A DNA stretch of 64,000 bases from the human T2T-CHM13v2.0 reference genome, Homo sapiens: NCBI RefSeq assembly GCF_009914755.1, contig NC_060943.1. One strand, written 5' to 3'. A program made the translations under genes and the position numbers. This document shows positions 1 through 18,110 of the stretch, one piece after another. The notes beneath the pieces are model-generated. The model made no database searches. It worked only from the letters and a program-made list of their open reading frames with translations, and had not been told where the DNA came from. The stretch's first letter is position 1; the number at the start of each line of letters is the position of its first letter.

Positions 1-2119
1 AGTGCCACAACTGCAGAAGTGGGAAAGGGAGATCCTCCTCTCCTAAACACACAACCCCACTGGAGAAGCTGAAAGTCTGTTTGTGGGAGAAGTTTCTAAC
101 TACCTGGAGCTGCGTCAAGTTAGAGAGCCAAGCTGAGTGAAATACAGGGGTGTAGGAGGCAACAAAGAGGCCCTGGGAGCTCGCTGAATCCCCAAGGAGC
201 CCATTCCTGCCTAGCACCACAGGGATCCATCAAGGGGAGGACAGAGGAGCAGGGGGTAAAACTTCCAAGGGGAGAAGGACTTCCCTAGCTGAACTTTGTA
301 ACAATTTGAATGGGGCAAGAAGACTTATGGCCAGAACTTGGGGGAAGGCATGAATCCGGCTTGAAGACTTCACAGGCATGGAAGAACTAAAGCCCTTTTT
401 TTTCCCGCAGCTGGGAGACAGAAAGCCTGGGGAAATTTTCAAGCCCAACTCGCCCTCCACCTGGAAACAGACTCAGGTCTGTTATGAAGGGCACAGTGAG
501 AGTGAGACCAGCCCTTTCGTTTGCATGGGAGCTGAGTAAGGCCTGTGACTGCCAGCTTTCCCCCACTTCCCTGACACCCTGCATGACTCAGCAAAGACAG
601 CCATAATCCTCCTAGGTACACAACTCCAGTGACCTGGGAATCTCACCCCCATCTGCCACAGCAGCTTCAGCAACAACCACCCAAGGAGACTCTGAACTCA
701 GGCATGCCTAGCACCCCCCGCACCCATTGGTCTTTCCCTAAACACCATGGTAGCAGAAGAAAAAGGACATATAATCTTGGGAGTCCTGGGTTCCCACCCA
801 CTGCTAGTCCCTTTCAACAGTACTACAGCTGATGCTTTCTGGAAAGCACTATCTCCTGGCAGGAGGTCTACCAGCACAAAAATAAAGCATTAAACCACCA
901 AAGCTAAGGACACCCATGGAGTCCATTGCACCCTTAGCCACCTCCACCAGAACAGGCACTGGTATCCATGGCTGAGAGACTCATAAACACTTCACATCAC
1001 AGGACTCTGTGCAGACAACCCCAAGTATCAGTCTGGAGCTGGGAAGACTCATTGGGTGGCTAGATCCAGAAGAGAGACAACCAATCACTGTAGTTCAGCT
1101 CACAGGAAACCACATCCACAGGAAAAGGGGGAGAGTACTACATCAAGGGAACACCCTGAGGGATAAAAAAAAAAAATCTGAACAACAGTTTTCAGCTCTA
1201 GACCTTCCCTCTGAAAGGGACTACCCAAATGAGAAGGAACCAGAAAAGCAAACCAGGTTGTATGACAAAAGGAGGTTTGTCAACACCCCACAAAAAAAAA
1301 AAATCACACTAGCTCACTGGCAATGGATCCAAACCAAGAAGAAATCCCTGATTTATCTAAAAAAAGAATTCAGGAGGTTAGTTCTTAAGCTAATGATGGA
1401 GAGACAAGAGAAAGGTGAAGCCCAATGCAACAAAATAAAAAAAAAATCATATGAGAAGTGAAGGAAGAAATATTCAACAAAATATATAGCTTAAAGAAAA
1501 AAAAATCAAAAATTCAGGCAACTTTGCACAGACTTTTAGAAATACGAAATGCTCTGGAAAGTCTCAGCAGTAACAAGTAGAAGAAAGAAATTCAGAGTTC
1601 AAAGACAAGATATTTGAATTAACCAAATTCAACAAAGACAAATAAAAAAGAATAAGAAAATATGAACAAAGCCTCCAAGAAGTCTGGAATTATGTTAAAT
1701 GACCAAACCTAAGAATAATTTGTGTTCCTGAGGAAGAAGACAATTCTAAAAGCTTGAAAAATATATTTGAGGGAATAATCAAGGAAAACTTCTCTGGCCT
1801 TGCTAGGGACCTAGACATGCAAATACAAGAAGCACAAAGAACACCTGGAAAATTCATTGCAAAGAGATCTTCGCCTAAGCACACTGTCATCAGCTTATCC
1901 AAAGTAAAGACAAAGGAAAGAATCTTAAGAGTTGTGAGACAGAAGCACCAGGTAACCTATAAAGGAAAACCTACCAGATTAACAGCAGACTACTTAGGAG
2001 AAACCATACAAACTAGAAGGGATTGGGGCCCCATCTTCAGCCTCCTCAAACAAAACAATTATGTGCCAAGAATTTTGCATCCAATGAAACTAAGCATCAT
2101 ATATGAAGGAAAGAAACAG

Positions 2120-2684
<565 letters not shown>

Positions 2685-5600
2685 TCAATACTAACATTGA
2701 ATGTAAATGACCTAAATGCTCCACTTAAAAGACACAGAACGGCAGAATGGATAAGAACTCACCAACTATCTGCCATCTTCAGGAGACTCACCTAACATAA
2801 AGACTCAAATAAAGTAAAGGGGTGTAAAAAGGCATTTCATGCAGATGGACACCAAATGTAAGCAGGGGTAGCTATGCTTATATCAGACAAAACAAACTTT
2901 AAAGCAACTGTGGTTAAAAGAGACAAAGAAGGACATTATATAACGGTAAATGGCCTGACCCAACAGGAAAACATCACAATCCTAAACATATATGCAATCC
3001 TAAATATACAAACATCACACTGGAGCTCCAAAATTTATAGAACAATTACTAATAGACAGAAGAAATGAGATAGACACCAACATCATAATAGTGGGGGACT
3101 TCAATACTCCACTGACAGCACTACACAGGTCATCAAGACAGAAAGTCAACAAAGAAACAATGAATTTAACTACACCTTGGAAAAAATGGACTAACAGATA
3201 TACACAAAACATTTCATCCAACAACCATGGAACACACATTCTGCTCAATAGCGCATGGAACTTTCTCCAAGATAGATCATATGATAGGCCATAAGACAAG
3301 CCTCAATAAATTTAAGAAAATTGAAATTATTTCAAGCACTCTCTCAGACTACAGTGGAATAAAACTGGAAATCAACACACAAAGAAACTTTCAAAACCAT
3401 GCAAAAACATGGAAATTCAGTAACCTGCTCCTGAATGAGCACTGGGGCAAAAACAAAATCAATATGGAAATTAAAAACTTTTCTAACTGAGTGACAATAA
3501 TGACACAGCCTTTCAAAACCTCTGGGATACAGGAAAGGTGGTGCTAAGAGGAAAGTTCATAGCCCTAAGTGCCTACATCAGAAAGTCTGAAAGAGCAGAA
3601 ACAGACAATCTAAGGTCATACCTCAAGAAACTAGAGAAAAGAGAAACAAGAACAAACCAAACCCAAACCCAGCAGAAAAAAAGGAAATAACCAAGATCAG
3701 AAAAGAACTAAATGAAATTGAAACAAAAAAAAATACAAAAGGTAAATGAATGAGACAAAAAGCTTCTCCTTAGGAAAAATACATAAAATTGATAGACCAT
3801 TAGCAAGACTAAGAAAGAAAAAAAGAGAAAATCCAAATAACCTCACTGAGAAATGAAACAGGAGATATTATAACTGACACCACTGAAACACAAAAAAATC
3901 ATTGAAGGCTAGTATAAACACCTTTACAAAAGAACTAGAAAACCTAGAAGAGATACTTAAATTCCTGGAAAAATACAACTCTCCTAGCTTAAATCAGGAG
4001 GAATTACATACCCTGAACAGACCAATAACAAGCAGGGAGATTAAAATGGTAATTTAAAAATCACCAACAAAAAAAAGTCCAGGACCAGAGAGGTTCGCAA
4101 CAGAATTGTACCAGATATTCAAAGAATCAGTACTAATACAGAGAAAGAAGGAAATCTCTCTAATTCATCCTATGAAGCCAGCATCACCCTAATACCCAAA
4201 CCAGGAAAAGACACAACCTAAAAAGAAAACTACAGACCAATATCATTGATAAACATTGATGCTAAAATCCTTAACAAAAAATTAGCTAATTAAATCCAAC
4301 AACATGTCAAAAAGATAATTCACTGTGATCAAGTGGATTGCATACCAGGATGCAGGGATGGTTTAACACACACAGGTAAAACAATGTGATACACCACATA
4401 AATAGAATTTAAAACTAAAATCACAAGATCATCTCAATAGATTCAGAAAAAGCATTTGACAAAATCCAGCATCTTTTATGATTAAAACTCTCAGCAAAGT
4501 TGGCACACAAGGGACACAGCTTGATATAATAAAAGCTATCTATGACAAACCCACAGCCAACATAATACTGAATGGGGAAAAGTTGAAAGCATTCCCTCTG
4601 AGAACGGGAACAAGACAAGGATGCCCACTCTCACTACTCCTCTTCAACACAATCCTGGAAGTCCTAGCCAAAGCAATAAGACAGAAAATAAAGGGCATCC
4701 AAATCAGTAAACAAAAGGTCAAACTGCCTCTGTTTGCTGATGATATAATCATTTACCTTGAAAACCCTAAGGACTCCTGCAGAAAGCTCCTAGAACTGAT
4801 AAAATAATTCAGCAAAGTTTCTGGATACAAGATTAACCTACACAAATAAGTAGCCCTTTTGTTCACCAACAGCAACCAAACGGAGAATTAAATCAAGAAC
4901 TCAACCCCTTTTACAATAACTCAACAAAAATAAAATACTTAGGAACACACCTAATGAAGGACTCAAAAGACCTCTACAAGGAAAACTACAAAGCACTGTT
5001 GAAAGAAATAATAGATGACACAAATGGAAACACATCCCATGCTCATGGATGAGTAGAATCAATATTGTGAAAATGACCATACTGCCAAAAGCAATCTACA
5101 AATTCAACACAATCCCCATCAAAATACCACCATCATTCTGAAGATGGTGAGTTAGAAAAACAGAGTTGGAAAAAACAATTCTAACATTCATATGGAGCCC
5201 ACATAGACAAAGGAAGGCTAAGCAAAAAAAAAAAAAAAAAAAAAAAAAATGAAGGCACCACACTACCTGATTTCAAACTATACTGTAAGGCCATAGTCAC
5301 CAAAACAGCATAGTACTGGTATAAAAACAGGCACATAGACCAATGGAACAGAGAACCCAGAAATAAACCCAAATAGTTGCAGCCAACTGATCTTCAACAA
5401 AGCAAACAAAAACATAAAGTGGGGAAAGAACACCCTTTTCAACAAATGGTGCTGGAATAATTGGCTAGCCACATGTAGGAGAATAAAACTGGATCCTCAT
5501 CTCTCACCTTATACAAAAATCAACTCAAGATGACTTAAGAACTTAAACCTAAGACCTGAAACTGTATAAATTTTGGAAGATAACATTGGAAAAACCCTTC

Positions 5601-6345
5601 TAGGCATTGGCTAGGCAAAAATTTCATGACAAAAATCCAAAAGCAAATGCAGTAAAAACAAAGATAAATAGCTAAGACCTAATTAAATTAAAGAGCTTTT
5701 CACGGCAAAAGGAACAGTCAGCAGAGCAAACAGACAACTCACAGTGTGGGAGAAAATCTTAACAATCTATACATCTGACAAAGGACTAATATCCAGAATC
5801 TACAATGAACTCAAACAACTCAGTAAAAAAAAAATTCCCATAAAAAAGTGGGCTCTTGATTAGACAACTCTCAAAAGAAGATATACAAATGGCCAACAAA
5901 CATAGATTTAAAAAAGCTCAACATCACTAATGATCAGGGAAATGCAAATCAAAACCACAATGTAATACCATCTTATTCCTGCAAGAATGGCCATAATCAA
6001 AAGATCAATAAACTGTAGATGTTGGCATGGATGAAGCAATCAGGAAACACTTCTACACTGCTGGTGGGAATGTAAACTAGTACAGCCACTATAGAAAAGA
6101 GTGTAGAGATTCCTTAAAGAACTAAAAGTAGAACTACCATTTAATCCCACCACTGGGTATCTACCCACAGGAAAAGAAGTCATTATTTGAAACATAGAAC
6201 AATGAAACAGAGAACCCAAAAATAAACCCAAATACTGATTATAGAAAAACATACTTAAACATTCATGTTTCTAGGAGCACAATTCACAATTTCAAAATCG
6301 TGGAACCAAACAAAATGCCCATCAATCAACGAGTAGATAAAGAAG

Positions 6346-6392
6346 GTGTGGTGTGTATATGTGTGTGTATATATGTGTGTATATATATATAT
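6346..6392. repeat. (TG/TA)n microsatellite in L1
   Basis: gtgtggtgtgtatatgtgtgtgtatatatgtgtgtatatatatatat. Confidence 0.8.
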
Positions 6393-6810
6393 GTTGGGAT
6401 ACTACTCAACCACAAAAAGGAATGAATTAACAGCATTTGCAATGACCTGGATGAGATTAGAGACTATTATTCTAAGTGAAGTAACTGAGGAATGGAAAAC
6501 CGAACGCTGTGTGTCCTCGCTGATATGTGGGAGGTAAGCTATGAGGACACAAAGGCATAAGAATGATACAATAGACTTTGGGGACTTGGGGGGAAGAGTG
6601 GGAAAAAGGAGGGATAGAAGACAACATATATGGTGCAGTGTATACCGGTCAGCTGATGGGTCTATCAGGATCTCACAAATCACTAAAGAACTTACTCATC
6701 CAACCAAGTATCACCTGTACCCCATTAAATTATGGAACAATGAGATTTTAAAAAAAATTATTCTTATAATTACAGACTAGCTCACATAATGAATACTTCA
6801 TAAACTATTA

Positions 6811-7140
<330 letters not shown>

Positions 7141-7529
7141 CTAACATGAGTAATAGTCAACTTAAAACAGAGAATTTTCATGGGGAGATTCTGAAGCATA
7201 AGCCAAGGATTATACAGTAATAAATTCAATACAAAGCAGACAGAATAGATTTGCTTTCAGCATTTTTGAGAATTTCTTTCTAGTAAATTAGACACCTTCT
7301 TAAAATGATTTATTTTGCTCCAAAATTGCTTTTTTCTGCTAAAAATAGTTTCAAACTTACAATAACACAAATACATTTACTCCAAAATTTATTTACACCT
7401 AAGATTTATCTTTAGACTAATAGATGTATATTTAACTCTGTAAATCAATACTAACAGTCCATATGTGCATGCAAGCAGAGGCCACATTTTACTTATGTTT
7501 CTACATAATTTTCATTATGACCATAAAAG

Positions 7530-7760
7530 TGATCCTGCAGTCAATAACAATTTAATTGTACATTTAAAAATAACTAAAACTAGTTAGTTATTTGAAGAAA
7601 TGAATTGCTTGTAATACAAAGAATAAATGCTACAGGTAATGGATAACTATTTTCCTCTAATATGATTACATATTGCATGCCTGTATCAAAATATGCCATA
7701 TATGGCATATGCATATACACATATTATGTATCCACAAAAATTAAGAAAAATAAATTTAAA
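7530..7760 (+). mobile_element. Old L1MA 3'-end fragment
   Basis: TGTACATTTAAAAATAACTAAAA...TTGCATGCCTGTATCAAAATAT...TATGTATCCACAAAAATTAA resembles an L1MA 3'UTR. Confidence 0.6.
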
Positions 7761-8949
7761 CGTGAAAATAAGAATAAAAGTTTCACCTATAGGAACAATA
7801 TTCTGTAACTTATTGACAATTTAAAGCCACTGGCAAAAAAGATTACTAGAGATTTCAGTCCATTATCTTACCAAATAATATATTGTTACCATCTTTTACC
7901 TACACCCTTGAGTAAGGTGTAATAGGCTAAAGTTAGTGGCATAACACTTCAATGAATTCATGATAGTATTTAAACTGTTAAAAATGTTTAAATGGAAAGT
8001 TGACATAAAATTTATAATTTAAAAGTATAATTAATATTATTCCATAAAAGTACAATTAATAAGATAACATACTAACTTAAACAAAATTTAAAAGTTTTTC
8101 TTTCCTAATAATGCAGATTACGCTGAACACCTACCTCATACATCACTCAATGTTATAAGTTAACCACAAAGAGCCTCTCTACTTAAATTTTCATCATGAA
8201 TCCTACATTATAATGTCCTTACCCTTCCATAGAAAAGGTCATAAATAACACCTACCTAAAAAAAAGAATCTTTCGTATCTTTTATTCAGCAATGTTTAGT
8301 CACATATTTTCACATGTGAATACACCAGGAATGATGAAACAGCATGAAGTAATTTAAGACATTAATTCCATTATTATTCACTTTTTAAAAATTCCATATT
8401 TTCACAAAAAGTATACTTTGAGTGTAATTACATCTCTCCAAAATTTTTTTTTAAAGTTATATACAAATAATGTTTATATGAACTTTAGTCTGTATTTTTT
8501 ATACTCAGCATTCTGATTTAGTATAATGTCTAAAGTTTGAGTGTCCTAGATATTTCTACTGTGAATGATTCCCTGATAGTTACATAGAACTAACTAACTT
8601 TGGACTGAACATCTTTCATATTTAATGCATCTGCAAAAATACATTTTAGTATAAACTCTTTGGTGTTTTATAATTTGCAGTTTTTGAAAAAAATGTTTTT
8701 CCAAATTTATTACATTGGCAGGGTTTTCTTCAGTATAAACTCCTTGATGTTGAACAAAATTTTAACAACTGCCTCAAGATTTTCCTCTAGTACAAAATGT
8801 GTACAATACGATCTGTGATACAAGCAAAGATATTACAACCCTCTTCATATTGGTAATGCTTTTTCAAAATAAATACTCTTCTGCACTTTATAGACATATT
8901 TTCTGATAGATCTTTTGATAGTAATTAAACTTTTAATGCTTTTATTTAG

Positions 8950-11281
<2,332 letters not shown>

Positions 11282-11534
11282 CTATAAATTTATACCATCT
11301 ACATAAATAAAATGGCTTTGCAAAATACTACAGGCCCTAATTCTTTCACAGACATACAAATGTAACAAAAATATAGAGACCAAAATACATCTGTGGAAAA
11401 TTTATAAATGAGTTGTGTGCAGTGTCCCAGATGAGCACAATGTGAAAAACCACATAGAAGAAAAAGAGAAGTCTGATAAATTTACCCAACACAGCTTTTC
11501 CTGCTTCTCACTGTAACATAATGCCTTTAGAAAG

Positions 11535-11760
<226 letters not shown>

Positions 11761-12379
11761 ACAGTGATGTGCCATTTACAAACACAGTCTTACGAGATAA
11801 TCTGTGAAGAGTTAACAAAAATTTTGCAGGCCATAAGGGAACTGTGTGATGTAGTCATAAAAAAGTTGTGAGAAAAAGCAGCTATTAAGTGAGAATAATA
11901 CCATCAGTGAATCTGTTCTGCCAAATAAAAATATAGAAACTTTCCAAAATAAACAAGTTTTAAAAAAGTATATTGGTACTGCTTATGTCCTACATATAAA
12001 GGGTGCTGAAAATATTTTACTGAAAATAACATGATTCAAAAAAACACCACATAATCATACAAAAATAATTTTCTGGAAAACATACACAAATAAACAAAAT
12101 TAGAATTTCTGAGCATTATCCTAGTGGTGCAAAAAACATTTCTAATTATTCTCTGAAATTTGAAAGAAAAAAGTATAGAAATAATTATAAATATCTGTTA
12201 ATGAATATACAACACAAAAAGACATAACTAGCAATGTCAATGAAACTTGAGGGAAGATGAAAAAGAATTTTTGTATGCAACTTATTTTTTTACCAGATTA
12301 AAATACATTGTTGTATTTTTCAGAGGTTATATGTAATCCCCAAAGTACCACAAACATATTCGTATAAATACACAAAAGA

Positions 12380-12668
12380 GGTTGGGTGCTGTGGTTCATG
12401 CCAGTAATCCCAGCACTTCGGGAGGCCGAGGCAGGTGGATCACAAGGTCAAGAGATTGAGACCACCCTGGCCAACATGGTGAAACCCCGTCTCTACTAAA
12501 AATGCAAAAATTAGCCAGGCGTGGTGGCAGATGCTTGTAGTCCCAGCTACTCAGAAGGCTAAGGCAGGAGAATCACTTGAACCCAGGAGGCAAAGGTTGC
12601 AGTGAGCCGAGATCATGCCACTGCACTCCCACCTGGGTGAAAGAACAAAACTCCATCTCAGAAAAGAA
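12380..12668 (+). mobile_element. AluS (Sc-like)
   Basis: Alu consensus. Confidence 0.9.
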
Positions 12669-13784
12669 ATTTAATGGTTAAAAAAGACTGGAAGTAGACA
12701 TTCCATGCAAACATTAATCAGAGGACAGCATAAACAGTCAAAATAATCATACACAAGCTCCATCTTAAGTCAAAAAGTATAATATTTTATAAAATGTACT
12801 TGAAATTAAAACTCCAAAGAAACAAAGAAGAACATCAAAAAATAATCGATTCATTAACTGGGAACCTATTACAAATTTCTCTGTGTGTGTGTGAGTGTGT
12901 GTGTGTGTATGTGTCTCACATTAGTGTTCCAAATATATAAAGCCAATATTGACAGAATGGAAGAAACACAAAGAAAGCAGTATTATTATAGAAAGATATT
13001 TTAATACCACACTTTCTGTAACAAAAATAAAACAAGAATGTTAATAAGGGAATAGACTACTTAAAGGCAGTATAAAACAATTATTCCGAACAGAGTGATG
13101 GAGAACATTCCTCAACAACATCAGAATACATACCCTTCTCAATAGCTCATATAACATTTTCCTTGATAGACCACATCTTAGGCCACAAAGGAAGTCTTAC
13201 CAACATTTTTAAAGGTAAAATTCCATGAACTACTTTCTATGACCAAAATGATATGAGAGTATACTATGATGAGAACAAAAATGAAAAATTTACAAATACA
13301 CAGAAATTAAACAAAACACTCTTAAGTGTGCTCTTACACAAAAGTTGAAATAGTTAAATTGTGAAGAGGTCCATTGTGCTCAATGCAATTTACATATTTA
13401 ATGCAATGTTTTCCAAATTTCTCATTGCATTTTTGAAGAAATAGAAACAACAACCCCAAAAGTATATAGAATCCCAAGAGACTATAAAGTGCCCAACAAT
13501 CTTCAAAAAAAAGAAAAAAATGCTGGAGGCATTTAAGTTCTTAATTCAAAATACATTACAAAGCTACAGAATTAAAATGATTTGCTATTAGTATAAAGGT
13601 AAAAAAGTAGACATAAAATAGAATGCAGCACACATATAAACTTTCACATATATGGTCATATAAGGAGTCATTTACATACTCATAATTATTGCAGCATTGT
13701 TACTGTAAGCCAACAGGTGAAAGCAACCCAAATTTCTTTCACCAAATCATTCAGCAGATGTAATTTGAAATATAAAAATTGTGA

Positions 13785-14093
13785 GGCCAGGTGTGGTGGC
13801 TCAAGCCTGTAATCCCAGCACTTTGAGAGGGTGAGGCGGGCTGATTACCTGAGACTGAGAGTTCAAGACCAGCCTGACCAACATGGAGAAACCTAGTCTC
13901 TACTAATAATACAAAATTAGCGAGGCGTCGAGACACATGCTTGTAATCCCAGGTACTTGGGGGGATGAGGCAGTAGAATCGCTTGAACCTGGGAGGCAGA
14001 GGTTGCGGTGAGCCAAGATCATGCCATTACACTACAGCCTGGGCAACAAGGGGGAAACTCCATCTAAAAAATGAAATAGAAAAACGAAAAAAA
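13785..14093 (+). mobile_element. AluS (Sp-like)
   Basis: Alu consensus with ACATGGAGAAAC. Confidence 0.9.
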
Positions 14094-14287
14094 ATTCTGG
14101 AATATCACTCAGTATTCAAAAAGAAGGAAATATTCTGCCAACTATAAATATAAATCTTGATTGCATTATGCAAAATGAAATGAGTCAGCCACAAAAAGAG
14201 ACTGTATGAGATATATGAAGGAGTTACACTTTTAGAAACAAAGAACAGAGTGATATTTGAAAAGTGCCATAAAACAGAAAAAACTGG

Positions 14288-14562
14288 GGCCAGGCATGGT
14301 GGCTCACACCTGTAATTTCAGCACTTTGGGAGGCCAAGGCAGGTGGATCACCTAAGCTCAGGAGTTTGAAACCAGCCTGGCCAACATAGCAAAACTACGT
14401 CTACTAAAAATGCAAAAATTAGCCAGGCATGGCAGTTGGCACCTGTAATCCCAGCTACTCAGGAAGCTGAGGCACTAAAATTGCTTGAACCTGGAAGGTG
14501 GATGTTGCAGTGAGCTGAGATCGTGCCACTGCTCTCCAGTATGGGTGACAGAGCAAGACTCT
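14288..14562 (+). mobile_element. AluS lacking a poly(A) tail
   Basis: Alu consensus. Confidence 0.88.
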
Positions 14563-15449
14563 GGAAAATTTGGTAGACAATGGAAAAATTAGTAGTTGTT
14601 TAATATGTATTAAGATTTAGCTTTACAAGATAAAAATGTTTTAGCAATATGTTCCATGACAATGTCACGATAAACTGAATATTTAAAAATATTTTGTGGT
14701 AAATTTTGTTATGTTTTATTGACAAGTAAAAATAAACAATAATACCTAAAAGATACATAGTTATGATAGTTTTAAATTATATTCAAAACCAAATGTGTTT
14801 CTCCCATGCAAAAATCACATATATTCACAAATTAATAGGATGTTGAAATTACAAGAATTTCATGACTTCTCATCTACACAGGATTAAAAAACTATTCACA
14901 ACAAACCTTCACAACAAATATACAAGTTATAAAAAAAAACAAGGATAACATTTTTCCAGGCAAATAGAGATAATTCTATTGGAAAAGACATATGGCTAAT
15001 TCATATATGATTTTGCTCCACAATGTCTTAAATTGTACAAAGTTAAATATTGGCATGCACAATTAGAATATATACTAAAAAATCAAAACACAATTAACAG
15101 ATGTGTTGTGACATACCCTCAAATACATATATATATTTTATATACAAAAATATAAAATTGCAAAATAAAATTAAAACATGGAATGTAAAACTTATTAGAT
15201 ACCATCAACTAGATCAATATATTCATTAAGGAAGAAGAATATGAGAAAAAAATAATAGAGGTTACTTGAAGATAAAAAAGGGTGAGAACTTTCCACATTT
15301 TGACGTAATAAAAGAAAAAATTCTAACCAATAATATTTGATTTAAATTTATTTTACTTTAAAAAGAAGATGAAAATAAAAAAATCCAAGATAAAGGATGA
15401 GGGTGTTCATCACCACTAGCACAGTTTTATGAAAAAATGCTACATGGGG

Positions 15450-15577
15450 GCAGGCACTGTGGGCTCATGACTGTAATCTTATAGTTTTAGGAGGCCAAGG
15501 CTGTCAGAACACTAGAGACCAGGAGTTTCAGATCACGCTGAGTAATCCAGGGAGACTCTGCATATAACCAAAAAAAT
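15450..15577 (+). mobile_element. Degenerate Alu monomer (FLAM/AluJ)
   Basis: Diverged left-arm sequence. Confidence 0.6.
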
Positions 15578-15909
15578 GCTAAAATGAGTCAATTTTGTTT
15601 AAAAATAAAATACTGGACAGCATCATAAAACCATACATAAAACAGAGCGCTCTATTAAATGCAAATATACAAATATAGAACTCTTTACTATCATAATGAT
15701 GATGTATACAAGTCTTAAAGCTATTCTGTAGAGTATTTAAAACAGAAAAACCGGCATAAATGTTAATATACAATATAAAATAATTTTTAATATTAATAAC
15801 AAACTGAAAAATATAGAGGTAAAATTTTTATATTCAATTTAAGTTGTCATGAGATTTAAATATATTGTTTTAATTTTAAGATGTTTCATGTAAACTCCAT
15901 TTTTTAAGA

Positions 15910-16254
15910 TGATATGGTTTGGCCATGTCCCAACTCAAGTCTCATCTTTAATTCCCACATGTTGTGGGAGGAAAGTGGTGGAAGGTAATTGAATCATGGG
16001 GGCAGGTCTTTTCTGTGCTGATCTCACGACAGTAAATAAGTCTCATGAAATCTGATGGCTTTATAAGGCAGAGTTTTCCTCCACAAGCTCTCTTTCTTGT
16101 CTGCCAACCAGGTGAGACATGCCTTTCACCTTCCAGCATGATTGTAAGGTCTCCCCAGTCATATGAAACTGTAAGTCCAATAAACCTCTTTCTGTTGTAA
16201 ATTGCCCAGTCTCGGGTTATATCTTTATCACCAGCATGAAAACAGACTAATACA
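15910..16254 (+). mobile_element. THE1 (MaLR) solo LTR
   Basis: TGATATGGTTTGGC...GAAAACAGACTAATACA; 5-bp TSD-like TAAGA/CAAGA. Confidence 0.92.
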
Positions 16255-16476
16255 CAAGATGGTTATGAAGACAATATTTATAGAAACTATGCAAAACAAA
16301 ATGTAAAAAATAATTGAAGCACGTCACTACACAATTAAAATAAAATTTAAGGCAATAAAACAATATATTAAAAAACCCACTGAGGAATACATAAAACAAT
16401 AACAATAAAACTAATAACTTCATTTTAATAAATAATTTTAAATATAAATTAATTAAACTACTTAATAGAAAGAAAT

Positions 16477-16760
16477 GTAATCTCAGGACTTTCGGAGGTT
16501 AAGGTGGGCTAATTACTGGATCTCAGAAGTTTGAGACCAGCCTCGGCAATGTGGCAAAACTTTGTCTCAACCATACATACAAAAAACCTAGCTGGGTGTG
16601 ATGCTACACACTACCTGAGAGGCTACACACAACTACCTGAGAGGCTGAAATGACAGAATCTTCTGAGTTTGGGAGGTTGAGGCTTCTGTGAGCCATGATC
16701 ACAACACTGCAAACCAGCCTGGTTGAGAGTGAGACCTATCTCAAAAATAAATGAATAAAC
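16477..16760 (+). mobile_element. AluJ-like
   Basis: Diverged dimeric Alu. Confidence 0.75.
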
Positions 16761-17016
16761 AAGTAATTAAATGAAATTATAAAAAGAAAAAATAAAATGC
16801 CTTAGTGGCTTAAGAAAAAGCCACCTACAAGGGACTCATTTTAGCACTGAGTTAAATAGGCTGAAAACCACATGGTGAAAAAAAAATTTATTTTATGAAA
16901 ATAGTAACTACAATTGGGTATTAGACATAATATCCTTTAAGTCAAGTGCTAACGTGAGACAAACATTGATAGTATATATTAGTAAAATGAATTGATTTAC
17001 CACAAATCTATAACTA

Positions 17017-17108
17017 TTCTTTCTTTCTTTTCTTCTTTCCTTCTTTCCTTCTTTTTCTTTCTTTTTCTTTCTTTCTTTCTTTCTTTGTTTCTTTCTTTCC
17101 TTTCTTTA
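17017..17108. repeat. (CTTT)n-rich simple repeat
   Basis: Pure pyrimidine tract, apart from one G. Confidence 0.85.
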
Positions 17109-17487
17109 TGTATGTGTATATATAACATCAGGCTCCAAAATATATAAAGCAAATATTAACAAAAGTAAAGCAAAAAATACATAGCAACATAATAATTGTA
17201 GACATCAAGACCCCATTTTCCATCATAGAAAACTCACATAGAAAAATCAATTAAAAAACAGAAAACCTAGACAACATTATAGACTGTATTATTTTGCATA
17301 TAGAGGAATACTTGAGAGTGGATAATTTATAAAGAAATAATGACTTCACCATTTCTGCACATATAAATACAGATAAATATTTAATAGGGGGATAATGCCT
17401 CCTAGAAAATGGGTGAAAATATTTACAAATCATATGTGGTAGGAGTCAATATTCAAAAAATATAAACAACTTTTAAAACCGAACAAT

Positions 17488-17756
17488 AGCCAGGTGCGGT
17501 GGCTCACATCTGTAATCCCAGCGCTTTGAAAGGCCGAGGCAGGCAGATCACGAGGTCAGGTGTTCAAGACCAGCCTGATCAACATGGCAAAACTCCATCT
17601 CTACTAAAAATACAAAAGTTAGCCAGGTGTGGTGGCATGCGCCTGTTATCCCAGCTACTCAGGTGACTGAGGTGGGAGAATCACTTGAAACCGGGAGGTG
17701 GAGGTTACAGCCTAGGCGACAGAGCAATACTCCATCTCAAAACAAACAAACAAAAC
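17488..17756 (+). mobile_element. AluS with internal deletion
   Basis: Alu consensus. Confidence 0.88.
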
Positions 17757-17969
17757 AATAAAGTTGAATAACTTTATTTAGAAATAGGCCAATAATTGAA
17801 ATAAATTTTCATCAAAACATTTGAAAGGACACACAAAACTAATTTGTAGAGAAATGCATAAAAATCACAATGAATGAAAAACAAAATCCCCTCACACTCA
17901 TTTAAATGGCCACTATCAATTTTTTAAAAACACCAAACCTGTCGATGATGCAATAAAAATGAAACCCTT

Positions 17970-18110
17970 GGCCGCGCGTGGTGGCTCAAGCCTGTAATCC
18001 CAGCACTTTGGGAGGCCGAGGCGGGCAAATCATGAGTCAGGAGTTCAAGACCAGCCTCACCAACATGGTGAAACCCCATCACTGCTAAAAATACAAAGTT
18101 AGTTGGGTTG
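17970..18110 (+). mobile_element. Alu left arm, 3'-truncated
   Basis: GGCCGCGCGTGGTGGCTC...AAAAATACAAAGTTAG. Confidence 0.85.
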
